Shown: positions 38,760 through 51,324 of the stretch, one piece after another
Layout: the number at the start of each line of letters is the position of its first letter
Numbering within the stretch: the stretch's first letter is position 1
NCBI GenBank assembly: GCA_951406725.2
Contig: OX597819.1
Location: 20,832,001-20,896,000, forward strand
Source: Octopus vulgaris
Taxonomy: Eukaryota
Direction: 5' to 3'
Length of the DNA stretch: 64,000 bases
Made by a program: the position numbers and the translations under genes
Notes under the pieces: model-generated
Database searches by the model: none
The model's input: the letters and a program-made list of their open reading frames with translations, nothing else
What the model was told of the DNA's origin: nothing

Positions 38760-39705
38760 TATATAAACAACTTACTGTAAATAAAATCAAGGGTGTGTAG
38801 CGCTCCATTAATAAATACAAAACGTTTAGTAATATACATGTTTTAACTTATTAATTAGTGCAACGCTCCGCACCCTTGATTTTATTTACATTAACTGGAT
38901 TATATATTCGTGCAACATCCATTTCTATCTTTTCTTCTCTTTCTGTGTCTTCCTTTCTCCCTCCCTCCCTCTCTCTCTCCTCCTCTCGCTCTCTTTCGCC
39001 TCTTCCTTCTCTGCCTCCTGTGTCTCCCTCTGCCCGCTACCAGTCTTCTAATTCCTACTACTAACACGTGACCCGCGGTCATCATTGTTATTCTTTCTCA
39101 TTTTCTTGTTTTACGCCGGCCGCTGAAGCAACCTGTCGTAATTCCTCCACCCTCCATTTAAAACCCGTTTCGCACTTTGTCGCCCTCCTGTTTCCAATCC
39201 TTTTTAGGATTTTCCTTAGCGTTACACATAATTCCGTCTTCGTCGAGCACTGAAGCTATATTCTGTTTCTCCATTTATTTCGCTTTTTTCCCTCGTTTGT
39301 CCACAATTCCTTCATTTCCGTATGTCCACTTCTGTATTGCTAGCTTATCCATTTATTGTCTGTTCGTTCCGTTATGTTTCGGTTCCATTTCCCGGCAGCA
39401 CCTGTTGGTCGCCACCAGTAAAGAACCCAGAATAACGGATCAGGAGTTGGGTATCTTCTGAGTGTTTTCTGTTCGTCTATGCGTTTTCTGTGTGTTTCAA
39501 CTTGCCATTTTGTGTATGTTAACTGTTCGTTTCTACATTTACATACGTTATATGAGAGTGTGTGTTTGCGTGTAGATATATACACGCATACATAAGTACA
39601 TATGTACGTGCAGGCATATGCGTGTAGATAGATGGGTAGATGTTAATGTTATCTTAAAGTAAGTTTTTAATGTAGAGGCAAAATATCAAAATAAGAGCAA
39701 AGCAA

Positions 39706-40111
39706 GTAGTAAGAGATTATTTGACAACATAACATGGTAGTCCTGGTTTAGGACGAATGTTGCTGTAATTTAGCCACAGGAGACATCGTCTCCAGCTGGC
39801 TGTACAACACGATCTGTGTCCTTATATTTTCGAAGAAGGGAATCTACCACCCCCACTCAGCTCAAAACAATATCTGTGTATCGCGATTTCCGGGATATTT
39901 CTCTTCATCAACACAGAATAATTGTTCGGAAATCGCAATACACTGATATTTTTGTGAGTTGAGTTGGGGTGCTAGATTCTCTTGATCGAAAATATAAGGA
40001 CACAGATCGTGTCATTTAGCCAGCTGGAGACGATGTCTCCTGGGGCTAAATTACAGCAATATTCGTCCTAAAACAGGACTGCCATGTTACATTAGCAAAC
40101 AATCTTTACTA
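39706..40111. mobile_element. ~400 bp foldback element (arms ~190 bp, short loop)
   Basis: catggtagtcctggtttaggacgaatgttgctgtaatttagccacaggagacatcgtctccagctggct...acacgatctgtgtccttatattttcga is mirrored by tcgaaaatataaggacacagatcgtgt...agccagctggagacgatgtctcctggggctaaattacagcaatattcgtcctaaaacaggactgccatg. Confidence 0.9.
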
Positions 40112-41732
40112 CAAAGTATTGTTGCTGAATATCTCACGTGAGATTGAAAAATAGTAATTTTCTAAGAGTAAAGTATGTTACAATATTTTTTCCCCATTTT
40201 TTATAAGACGGTTTAAACGACCAGTAATAGAATTGCATTCCTGTTTACAATTCTTTGCTGAAGAGAAAATTGGGAAAGTTTATAATGAGAAAAAGCGTGC
40301 TAAAGAAGTGAACTAAAATGATGTAACACTTTTAAATGAAAAGTGCTTGTGCACAGAGTAAAAAACTAATGAATAACAGTTTACCGATTTAAAAAAAAAC
40401 TAGTTGACTTGGAAACCAATGAAAAACATTGACTTGCATATCTATTTTTAAACCTGTTCATACAGATTCGAACAACGCAGGTTTGTTCATAACACACTCG
40501 ACCCATTAGTGTAAGGGATTGTGGGATATCCAATGTTTCGACATCGATGTTCCACGACAGACGAAGGAGATACGGATAAACGAATACAACAAAAACCGAC
40601 TCCCTTGCTTTTAATTTCAGCAAACTATATGTTGATGTGTGCTGATATCCGTCAGACATTAACAAACTAACACATGTAAGGTGAACAGTGAGAATCAAAC
40701 GGCCAAGGACTTTATGGGACGGTGTAGTTATAGTAGATAGCATATTATTTACGAGGATCTAAAAACAATGTCAAACAGAGAGAATATAAAGGAGGAAATG
40801 ATAAAAAGGAATGTTAAAGATTTCTGTTAGTATAGAATGTGAGATTTTGTCTTTCATTTATTGTCTGTGCGATTGTATTTGTACGAGAATGTGAGTGAGA
40901 ATGGTTGTGTATATCTGTGTCTCTTAAATTATTCGTGTTGAGTTACGAGTAAGGTCAGGAAAATCAAAATTTTAATCATGTGAAGTTCCCATATGTAGGT
41001 GTAATAACAAGTGTTTTAGATTCAATAATAAGAATTCCATTAAATACATGACAAAATATTTTGAACTAGTTTGCTTAACAAATTTAAACACCATTGTGCA
41101 AGTGTTTAGTGTCTTATAGGTAAGTACGTGCTTAGATGCATTTGCGTTGAGACTATATATATACATATATATATATATATATGTTTGTGTGTGTGTGGGT
41201 TCCGTGAAGATACGATGTTATAGTAACATAGTGACAGAATAATATTAAATGTTAAAGTCTCTCAAGTGCAGTAACGTTAGATTGCTACATGATTGTCAGT
41301 ATGTAAACTAGTGCCATATTAAATTGCAATGAAAAGCAAGAAATAAAGTATAATAACTGATTTTAAACATTAAGTGTTATAGATTATGTTAACATTAACG
41401 CACGAAACTTGCATAATAAGGAATAGAACATTATCGTAAATGTATGCATGCAAACCTATCGAGATATATCTGCAGCTTGCATTTTTTTACAGAACAAACA
41501 TGTCGTTATATATTAAGCTTTTAACATATCTCCGCTTATCCTTCACATACAACTCTCAATAAATCTATACATACATACATAAGTATATGTATACACATGC
41601 ACGATGAAGCACACGTCTATGCATGCATAACACTACATCTTGTTCAATGTATGTGTGCATTGTGTGTAAATACATGCATATACGTACATACACGTATACA
41701 TACATAAGGCCGTATCTGTATGCATATATATA

Positions 41733-42150
41733 TACTCTTTACTCTTTTTCTCTTTTACTTGTTTCAGTCATTTGACTGCGGCCATGCTGGAGCACCGCCA
41801 TTAGTCGAGCAAATCGACCCCGGGACTTATTCTTTGTAAGCCCAGTACTTATTCTATCGGTCTCTTTTGCCGAACCGCTAAGTGACGGGGACGTAAACAA
41901 ACCAGCATCGGTTGTCAAGCAATGCTAGGGGGACAAACACAGACACACAAACATATACACACACACTTATATATATATACATATATACGACAGGCTTCTT
42001 TCAGTTTCCGTCTACCAAATCCACTCACAAGGCATTGGTCGGCCCGGGGCTATAGCAGAAGACACTTGCCCAAGATGCCACGCAGTGGGACTGAACCCGA
42101 ACCATGTGGTTGGTTAGCAAGTTACTTACCACACAGCCACTCCTGCGCCT
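41733..42150 (-). mobile_element. SINE family B, full length, in (TA)n
   Basis: Minus strand begins AGGCGCAGGAGTGGCTGTGTGGTAAG (A box)...GGTTCAGTCCC (B box) and ends in the (AAAGAGTA)n tail. Confidence 0.96.
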
Positions 42151-42169
42151 ATATATATATATATATATA

Positions 42170-42315
42170 TATGAAAATGGTAAGACAACAAAAGTCTGAA
42201 GAGACCTCGATATTATGTAAATAGAGGAATTTATCTGTAAATGTATTATGTGACAATTATTCGGTAGCCATGACAAAACTCCGAGTTTCGGATGCCGAGG
42301 TGAAAATCCTCGTGT
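42170..42315 (-). mobile_element. Short PLE pLTR-like fragment next to (TA)n
   Basis: Minus strand gaggattttcacctcggcatccGAAACtcggagttt (hammerhead 3' half with self-complementary stem III) followed by an AT-rich tail. Confidence 0.4.
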
Positions 42316-43384
42316 AATTGACCGTTATTAAGACAAAAGAGCTATTTCAATGACCGCTAAGTGAGGGGAGGGAGTAAAATTAAGGGGTAAAAAGTTCATA
42401 GTATTCGCGTAAGTGCGCATATCCATACCTACTCATGCGCGCCCACACACACCTATATATGCACATACCCGCATACAAAAACACATCCACACGAGCGCAC
42501 AAAGTATTCCATATACATGTATATATACGCACAGGAAAAATGCAGTGTGGAAGGTAGAATACAGAAAAATTTTGTGTATAAAATTTTATAGGCAATAAAC
42601 CTATAAACCAATATCTCAATGAATATGTAAAAAATATATGTATAAAGATATATAAATATATATACAACTATATAAGTAATATAAGTATAAATAGATACAA
42701 TAAATGGATACAATATAGAAAGCAAGTTATATATGAGTACCCAAATGTTAACGTAGGATCCATATGTTAATATCACTGTTTCATTGTATTGTTGTTCTAC
42801 TGCACTTTTGCACGTTACACATCGCTACTCACAATGCTTTTTCTCATATTGTTTTAGTGTTCATATGATTCTAATCCGCTTGCTAGCCAGGCAAACGGTA
42901 TGTGAATATGTGAAGCATAAATCTTTCATAATACAAACACGCAACCATCCCTGCAACTTACATAAGTACGGTAAACGTTGTAAAATAAAATTTTCAGTTG
43001 CTGGAATATTGCAGCCTGCTGTGTATGTGTGTGTCTGTGTGATATACTGACGCCTCTATGAGAGTGTATGTATGCTTTTCATAAGTGTATGCGTGTGTGT
43101 ATTTATGTGAAGAACGATCTTGTCGTCATAACATCAACTGTCGCCGCGCTTTCGTAATATTTTTTTTTCTGTTTTACACATGTTTTGTAAAATATTCTAA
43201 ATTTATGTTCACGTGCAGACACCGAAAACTTTCAAGCTTAAAAATTCTATGAAACCTCGGTTTCAAGAGTAGGTAATCATAAATCTAACACACGCGCACA
43301 CACACATACACACATACAAGTATACATATATACATGCATGTGTACATATATGCATGCATACATACATAGACGCATACACACAGG

Positions 43385-44500
43385 TGACGCAGGTTATGGG
43401 TGCGTTTGAAAGATGGAGGGGGCTGAAGATTAGAGAAGAAATTAGAGGTGAATGTATCTGACTGGAGTGGATGGGAGGCTCGGAGAAAGGTATGCTGAAT
43501 GGGTAGGGTGTAGGGGTTGTAGGTGAGGGGAAAATGGAGGCGGATAAGGATGGTGCGGGTATCGGGACGGAGTGCAGGGGCATGGTGAACGGATCGTTCT
43601 AAAGTAGGGCCAGTTTGGATAGTGTTGAGGGTATATTAACATAGAGTGGTGAGCCATGATTTGCGACTGGGTCTCAGTCAGCATCACTGCAGAGCTGACG
43701 TAGACGGATGAACTGAGTGTAGGGTATCGAGTGTTCGGTGTGGTAGGGTTGGAGTAGGAGCTGGAATAGGAATGTGTGTCGGTGTTTCAGTATTGGATAG
43801 AGTTGGTAAGAGGGCAGTGGCCTATGCTAACGGAAATATCAAGAAATTCAACGGAGGAGTTGCAGAGAGTGCAGTAGAATTCGAGGAGACGATGGAAGGA
43901 AGAACGAAGGAGAGGAAGGAGTCAAGATCTTCTCGGAAGTGTGAGGTCACGTCGATACAGTCGTCATATAGCTCGGGAGTAGGATCAGTGAACTATGAGG
44001 ATATTTGGGCCTCAGCCGAGCCGACGAACAGGTTTGCACAGTTGGGGCCGATTGTTGTTCCCATGGCCGCACTCGAGAAGTCCCCTCCGAAAGAGTAGCA
44101 GTTGACGGAGAGGACAATTTCAGCCAAACAAAGAGGTGTGGAGGTGAGAGTTTGGAGGAATGTCTAAAGTCTAAAGAGTATGAGGTCACCGTTTATAACG
44201 ATTTCACATCTAGAGTGAACAGGAGTCGGGAGTGTCCAGGAGAAAAGGAGTTAGATAAAAGGAGAGCATGATTGGTGTTGTGGATGTGAGGGGGGTGAAA
44301 CCAACTTGAGTGGGGTGGGGGTAAAGTCGCAGTCAAGGTACTTGGAAATAAGCTCGGTGGGGCAGTTGAAGGCAGAAACGATGGGGCTTGTGAATCGTGG
44401 GGGGAAGTAAGTAGTGGCGATGCACGGAGTACGGACAATAAAGTTGGAGGCGGCATTAAATGCAAAACAGAAAAATCAAATGACAGTAAATGCTTAGCCT
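43385..44500 (-). pseudogene. Penelope-like (Neptune-type) reverse transcriptase relic
   Basis: Minus strand: NTNHALL...FSPGHSRLLFTLDVKSL*T; CLAEIVLSVNCYSFGG; AMGTTIGPNCANLFVGSAE; YDDC; VEFLDISV; TDTHSY; SIPYTQFIRLRQLCSD. These are the PLE RT and thumb motifs in the expected order. Confidence 0.9.
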
Positions 44501-44810
44501 GCACTTGTTGTCACTTCTACTACTAAGACACAAGCATGCACTAATAGTTACACTACATCTGATAGCCATTCCTTAATGACAATATTCTATGCCTGATACA
44601 ACGAAAAACTGCCTCTATCAAAAATCTTGTCACTACTTAATCATACTTGCAGGCGTTAGAATAAAATCAAATACCAGCACAATATGAATTTTATTAATTA
44701 GGCTTGCACTTCTAGTGCTAAAATCATGAAAGATGAGTTTTATTTCATAAACTGTATCCCTTCTTACACAATGAATAAACCGTCATAATAAACAACTGAA
44801 ACCGATAGCA

Positions 44811-45196
44811 TCTCTCTATATATAAACGGCAGTTTGTCTGTGCGTGTTTCTGTGTGTCTGTTTTCTCGTACCCTCACCCTGACCACGGCTTTCAACCGAT
44901 TCTGATGAAACTTGACACACACATAGCCCAATGTCATAATTCAAAACTAACGCAGCGAAAATTTTGAAAAGTTCCCCCAGTTCTGAAAAAAATCGATAAA
45001 TTCGACATGGGGTCGAGAATAAAAAAAAACAAACCACAGACTGTCTAGGGGACGCAACTCAACCTTTTTTTACTCTCAAAAAAAATTTACCATCATTTTT
45101 TTTCCATTTTTTTGCTATTTTTTGGCTATAACTCTCTAAAGATGCTTTATAGTTATTTCCCTTACAAACCTGAGCAACGCCGGGCGATACTGCTAG
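44811..45196 (+). mobile_element. Non-autonomous Helitron
   Basis: A|TCTCTCTATATATAAA...(tgtc/tg)n...ccgattctgatgaaacttgacac...cctgagcaacgccgggcgatactgCTAG|T. Confidence 0.85.
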
Positions 45197-46620
45197 TATG
45201 TTAATAAAAATGTAAAAAGAATTTTTTTTTTCTTTTGTCTATGATGAAAAGTTTTAATTTTCTCCCCACACAAATACGCACGCATACACTCCCTTATTGC
45301 ACACAAAAACATAAACACAAAAACATACATAAACACCTATATATTATTTAAATATTAGACTTAGAGTCCGTATAAAATTGGCATGTAAATATCGTGTCAA
45401 CTTTCCGAAGTTCATAGCAATATTTTAATACGCATTGACCAACGCACCCACACATTCATTCATACAAATAGAACCACACAGAAAAAACATATGTATGAAA
45501 GCCCGTATAACGAAAATAGAAACACACGGATTGGATTTATAACTCCACTCTTACAAAATATCCGCTTTCTTTTGTTTTGCCTTTTTCTCTTTCTCTCTCG
45601 TTTTTTCTCTTCGATTAATTCAGAAGAAATATTAGCCTTGATATCTCACTACCTCTTTGACTGTTCTTTGACCTTCGTTCACCTATTTTTTATGTTATTT
45701 CATTCTTTATCTTGGCACTATCCCTTTACTAACCTTCAACCTTATTTATCGTATATTTACTCTCATAAAATAAACAATTTTATATAGAATTGTAACAATT
45801 ACTACCTTATCGTCCATTTCTCGTAATGATGCCTTCTATTTTCTCTCTTTATGGCCATTTGAAAGAAATGTTACTTCCACTTGGCGAATAAACCGTTAGA
45901 CCAAATTCAAAAGTTCCAGGCATAACCTGTTGTGACACACACGCATACACATGCATACAAATATATACATACAAACACATTAATATATATGTATGTTTGC
46001 AAGTATGCGTGTGAATACACATACACACAAACGCACACATACATGTATGTACGTATGTATGTACATATCTATATATTCCATATCCTGTTTTTCACTTCTT
46101 TCAGTCACTCTTTTAGCCACTCCACTAACAGATTCCAACTCGAAGAATTGTTTACTTAAACGAATGAACTTTGGCAATCAGATTTCGCCAAAGTCTGATA
46201 CTTATTCAATCAGTATCATTTGCCGAACTGCTACGTAGACATGAACTTCAAAACTGGTTGTGAAGCGTTGGTGTGGGGGGAAAAGTAAGCTGAAAGATGC
46301 ACTCAAACACTCAGATATATACAGAGACAGTGTGAGAGACAGAGAGATGAGAAAATATTGGATATCATGGCAGATATCACATAAGCAGTCAGTATAAATG
46401 AATAAGGTCAAATTTCCAGCAAGTAGATACCGGTAATTGTAAGAAGAATACAAATTCCAGGTAAATCCTAATGCATGACCTGTAAATCAAACAAGCCATA
46501 TGCATAATCTTAAGAAATTATATACACACACACTTGCAAACATTTAAAAATAATTTGCGTGAATAAAAGCGTATATCTTTACTTTAGATCACTCCATAAT
46601 TACACACACACACACACACA

Positions 46621-46691
<71 letters not shown>

Positions 46692-46699
46692 ACAACACA

Positions 46700-46820
46700 T
46701 TTCAGTTGCCGTCGATCAAATCTACTTGACAGATTTTGATCGACCCAGGCTAGAGTTGAAAACAGTGAACCTGGGCCCGTGAGGTTGATACGCAGAGTTC
46801 TTAGCAGAGAGCCACGCCTT
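46700..46820 (-). mobile_element. Very degraded SINE family B head
   Basis: tttcagttgccgtc..caaatctact..cag...ttgatcgacccaggctaga...tgaacctgggccc...agccacgcc parallels the reverse complement of B. Confidence 0.5.
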
Positions 46821-46905
46821 AACATACCACAGGCGCACGCAAGCACATGCACGCGTGACCACACACATATTTACATACACCACACACACACACACATATA
46901 TATAT

Positions 46906-47299
46906 AGGCGCAAAAGTGGCTGTGTCGTAAGTAGCTTGCTGACCAACCACATATGTTCCAGATTCCGCGTCACTGTGGGGCATCTTAGGTAAGTATCGTC
47001 TACTATAGCCTCGGCCCGATTAAAGCCCTATGAGTGGATTTGTTAGGCGGAAACTGAAAGAAGCCTGTCGTATATATGTAATATATATATATATTTCTAT
47101 GTGTGTGTGTTTATGCCCCCAGCATAGTTTGACAACCTGTGCTGATGTATTTACTTCCCCAAAACTTAGTGGTTCAGCACAAGTGACCGATTGAATAAGT
47201 ACTAGTCTTACAAAGAATAAATCCTGAGGTTGGTTTGTTCAACTGAAGGTGGTGCTCCAGCATGGCCGCAGTGAAGTGTCTGAAATAAATAAAAGAATA
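46906..47299 (+). mobile_element. SINE family B, full length, diverged
   Basis: aggcgcaaaagtggctgtgtcgtaagtagcttg...ggaaactgaaagaagcc...ggtgctccagcatggccgcag...taaaagaata. Confidence 0.93.
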
Positions 47300-47346
47300 T
47301 ATAAAAATATATGTATGGTTGTGCCCCAGCATGACCACAGTTTTAA

Positions 47347-47846
47347 CCCATTAACTGCCATTTTTTATTCATTTATTTTATTTATTTATTTATTATTATT
47401 TTGCTTTGTCAGGTGTCTTAGTTAAAATAATATATAGCATTTAAATGTTCTTCATATGTGAAAAGTTCCGAAATGGGGATCGTTGAAAAAATAACATATT
47501 TAACCTTTTCTAATCAATTGCAATAATAAGCATGTTAGTTTTCTTGAAAGTATGAAATGCGAATGCGTATGAAATAACAGGGAATGATAAACGCCGGAAA
47601 TGCAAAAAAAAAAAAATTTTAAAGATCAAGACAGTCAATATTTTAGCAGTTCAAAAATTGCGATTTATGACATAAAATGTCCTCTAGAGTTAACCATAGC
47701 TAATAACAGGAGACTTTAACTTAATATTGTTAAACATACCTCTGCATATCAAATTGTGCATCAGCAATTCAATTTGAATACAAGGAACAGCCAGCACTGA
47801 GATTGTTTTAGCAGATCTGCAAATGGGACTCATTGGAGACAATAGG
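47347..47846. mobile_element. Possible piggyBac-like MITE
   Basis: TTAA|cccatt ... aatagg|TTAA termini; the TIR match is short. Confidence 0.35.
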
Positions 47847-48024
47847 TTAAAGCTGAAGCACTAAAGATTCAAAGCTATGCATTAATGTGTGTGTGTGTGT
47901 GTGTGTGTGCGTGTGTGGATAAATGGACGGTTTACTTGAATGCTGGTTTCGATAGCGTAGCAATTTATTCACGCACAATTTATTAGGTTATATAACAACA
48001 ATCTGCATAACGTTCATTACACCA

Positions 48025-48249
48025 CAGTGATCCATAGACCGTCGTGGGTTTTACGTTCCCCAAAAATTCCGCGATAGGGGAAAATCCGTGAATTAGAAAC
48101 AGTACGGTACTGTATATTTTAATTTATGATTTTATAATTTGTATATATTGATTTTGCTATAAATGAAAAAAAAAACCCACCAGAGTGGAGTCAATGTATT
48201 CTTAAATAATAAACTACGTTAGGTGAACCACGATGTGGAGGGATCCCTG
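48025..48249. mobile_element. Tigger/pogo-like MITE
   Basis: cagtgatcc...gggatccctg termini with internal ccgcgata/ccacgat subterminal motifs. Confidence 0.5.
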
Positions 48250-48424
48250 TTTATGTTTGCCACAGATCATTTTAACAGCATCTTAAACTGTTGGTAGTTA
48301 AAATATTTTACACAATAAAATTCGGTGTATATTACTAGTTTTCTATCTAAACATACATTGTTCGAAGTGGGCCACAATAAAATTCTATTCCTTTCCTTCT
48401 TCATTATACTTCAACAATATTGTA

Positions 48425-49851
48425 GAGGGGGTTACATGTTGCCAGTTTAGCCAATGAAAACACAGGCATTATATATTTGGTGTTCACTTGCTTCAGATTT
48501 ATTTTATATTAATCGTATTTCGGCCAGAGTTGTTTCGTCACACGTCTGTGACTTCTTCAGCGGTCCTTTGCTTTCTTCTTCCTTTTTTGTGTCTCTCCTT
48601 TCTAACGATCTGCCACTTGTGTATTCCTGTTGTATGTGTCTTCGTTCACTGCATGCAGTTCTCAGGATCCTTAGAGACAGGATCAGAGTATATGAAGGAG
48701 GTACAAGGAAATTTGAAACTATCTTACGTAACGATAGGTATGGGATTTGTCCACTCTATAGGAACAAGACATGGAACACAATTGAAAGGACTAAGAAAAA
48801 AATAGGGAAGGCCAACTCATGGTATGATAGCCACAAATACCAGAGTCTCATGTTCGTTGACACCACCCCTAGAGGCGAACTGGCGCACCATTTTAGAAGG
48901 ACCCTAGACAAGCTTAAGCTAAGAATTTCGGTTGTAGAAAGGCCAGAAAACCTTATCAAATACCTAATCGGCGGAACCTATACTTTTAGTAGAACTCTCT
49001 GTACTTATAGAAACTGCATTGTATGTAAATTTAGATTTACAAACTGTAAAGCTAGGAATGTAACCTATAGTATAAGATGTACAGAGGGACAGTGTAGAAA
49101 CAAGGCAACGTCGTACATAGGGGAGACAGCACAGAGCATAGGAGAGCGGCTAAATAAGCGTTGGAGGGAACTTAAGGAAGAGAAGAGCGCATTGGTTCTA
49201 TACCAGCACGCCGAGCGGTAACCCGATGGCTCAACAAGATACAAGTTAGAAATATTTCTACACATAGAATGAATGCAACGCTTAGACAAATTACGGAAGG
49301 TACGCACATAATTGAAGATAAACCTAACCTAAATAGAAAACTACAACGGAGCAGTAGCACCCCACCACACACACCCCAACTTATGACAGAATAAGATCCC
49401 AATAAACTGATAAGAAATTAATACAAGACACAGAGAAATAAATGGATTTAAATAATTATATTTATAAACAGAATAAATTATATTAAAACAAAAAGAAAAA
49501 AAGTAGATAAAACAAATGAATAAAATATATAAAAGTAAATTAAAGGAACTAAAAATAAAGAGGAGATACTGATAACGCAGGTACCATAGCCCCCTCACAA
49601 ACACTTAGTAAACATAGACACCCAAAGGGGTATATGCATGCGCAAATAAAAACACAAAAAAAAAACAGGGATACAAAATGGCAGATCATTAGGAAAGAGA
49701 CACAAAAAAGAAGAAAGCTAAGGACTTCTGATGAGGTCACAGAAGTGTGTGGAAAGAACTCTGGCCAAAATACAATTAATATAAAATAAAACTAAAGCAG
49801 ATATATAATGCGTGTGTTTTCGTTGGCTAAACCGGTAACATGACCCTCCCC
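48425..49851 (+). mobile_element. 5'-truncated Penelope-like element: GIY-YIG endonuclease region flanked by inverted pLTRs
   Basis: Peptide LMFVDTTPRGELA...ISVVERP...CTYRNCIVCKFRFTNCKARNVTYSIRC...C...SYIGETAQSIGERL...YQH, then RQITEGTHIIEDKPNLNRK after a frameshift. 48425-48660 is the reverse complement of 49635-49851, and both carry hammerhead-like cores. Confidence 0.9.
48520..48566 (-). ncRNA. Hammerhead-like motif in the inverted pLTR
   Basis: Minus strand CTGAAGA-a-GTCACA-gacg-TGTGAC-GAAAC; the sister copy at 49728 reads CTGATGA-g-GTCACA-gaag-TGTG. Confidence 0.6.
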
Positions 49852-49869
49852 AAATACAACAATAACTGT

Positions 49870-50897
49870 ATTTCTTTCCAGACATCTGACTTCAAATTTA
49901 ACTAGTAGCGATTTCTCTCGAAAATGGACAAATTTGTCTTCGTGATGTTACCTGCAGAAAAGTGTGTAGCCCTCAACGACATTCATTTTGACACGGTTGA
50001 CTTATGAGGGGTTGACGCAATAGTGGACATCTGAATTTAGGAGGGAAACAAGATTAATTTTATGATGAAAGTTTGGATGTCTTACAACTGTCGCCAGACA
50101 GGAAATCCTTGATCGCCTTTACCACATGGTGATGGGTGACCGGCGAAGGATTATAAATGAAATAGCCAAAGTTATTAGCACATTCCGCGAGAGAGTTGAG
50201 AATATTCCGAATGAACTTGGCATTACGAAGGTTTCTGCTGGCTGGGTGTATTCTGACACATGATCAACTGCGAACCTTGAAAAAAAATCAGTTATGGTTT
50301 GAGTGGATACAGCCGGTTTCTTCGGATGCCTCCTTGCCCAGGGTGAATGTTGGGTTAATAAAGTTGAGTCACAGAGAATGGTATCATCCATGCAGTGGAA
50401 AGAACCCTCCTCACCTGCTCGGAAGAGGCTAAGGTGGTTTCATCTGCAGTGACGATCATGGACTCAATTGTTTCAGATGCAAAAAAACTGCTGTGTTTAT
50501 TGATAGCTGAGGCCTTTACGAAAGGCTATCAAGACCAAACGTCCAGGAAAACTGACGAAAGAGGTTTTGTTTCATCTGGACAATGCTCTAGCACGCAAGT
50601 CCTTGGTGGTTTCAATGGAATATGTGCGAGACTGTAGAATTCAATTGGTTGATCACTTGCCCTGTTGCCTGATTTGGTCCTATCTGACTATCATCTGTTC
50701 CTCAATATGGAAAACACATAACTGAGAACCGGTAGGGTAGGGATGAACTTTTTTGACCAACGATACGAAAGTTTCTTCACCAAAGGTATCCAAGCATTGC
50801 AACACCGAAGGAAGAACTCTTTGAAAAATTAACCTCATTTGGTCACATTCCATTTGAATGCCTTTCTCAGACTAGGAACATTCAGCCAACCCTTGCG
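49870..50897 (+). mobile_element. Mariner transposon relic (third subfamily)
   Basis: DRRRIINEIA, KVSA-WV, HLDNALA (HQDNAPAH-like), PDLVLSDYHLF (PDLAPSDYHLF-like); end aacattcagccaaccct is TIR-like. Confidence 0.85.
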
Positions 50898-51324
50898 CAC
50901 ACGCGTGTATACATTTCACACACACACACACACACACACACAATGTCATTTGCATAATAAACTTATAATATTTCAAAGCTCATCTACGTTCATCGGCTAC
51001 CATATGCTCTCATACAGCAAGAATGCTCTTTTTAATGGTTCGAAATATGTTAATATATGCAGAATTCAACCATCAAAATTATAACACAAGGAGACGGAAT
51101 GAAAACGCTATGATTCCATTCTCAAGAAAAGGCTTGCTTTAGTAACAGCTGTTAGTTTGTCCGTGTTTTATATATTATACATATTACTATATAAATACAA
51201 TATAAATATGATCCAACAAGATCTTTGTATTTGTACGCCATAGGCGAGTAGTTTGGATAGTACAACAATGCTGATCTCTTCAATGTTGCACAGAATAGAT
51301 CTAAGAAATGTCATACGAAGATCC

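Noticed and set aside
44895-44915. ctgatgaaac as a hammerhead core
   Set aside because: There is no stem II between CTGATGA and GAAAC; it is part of the ccgattctgatgaaactt motif of Helitron/HINE elements.
48454-48690. N-terminal part of the 255-aa ORF as real protein
   Set aside because: It reads through the inverted pLTR; only the part from ~48700 resembles PLE protein.
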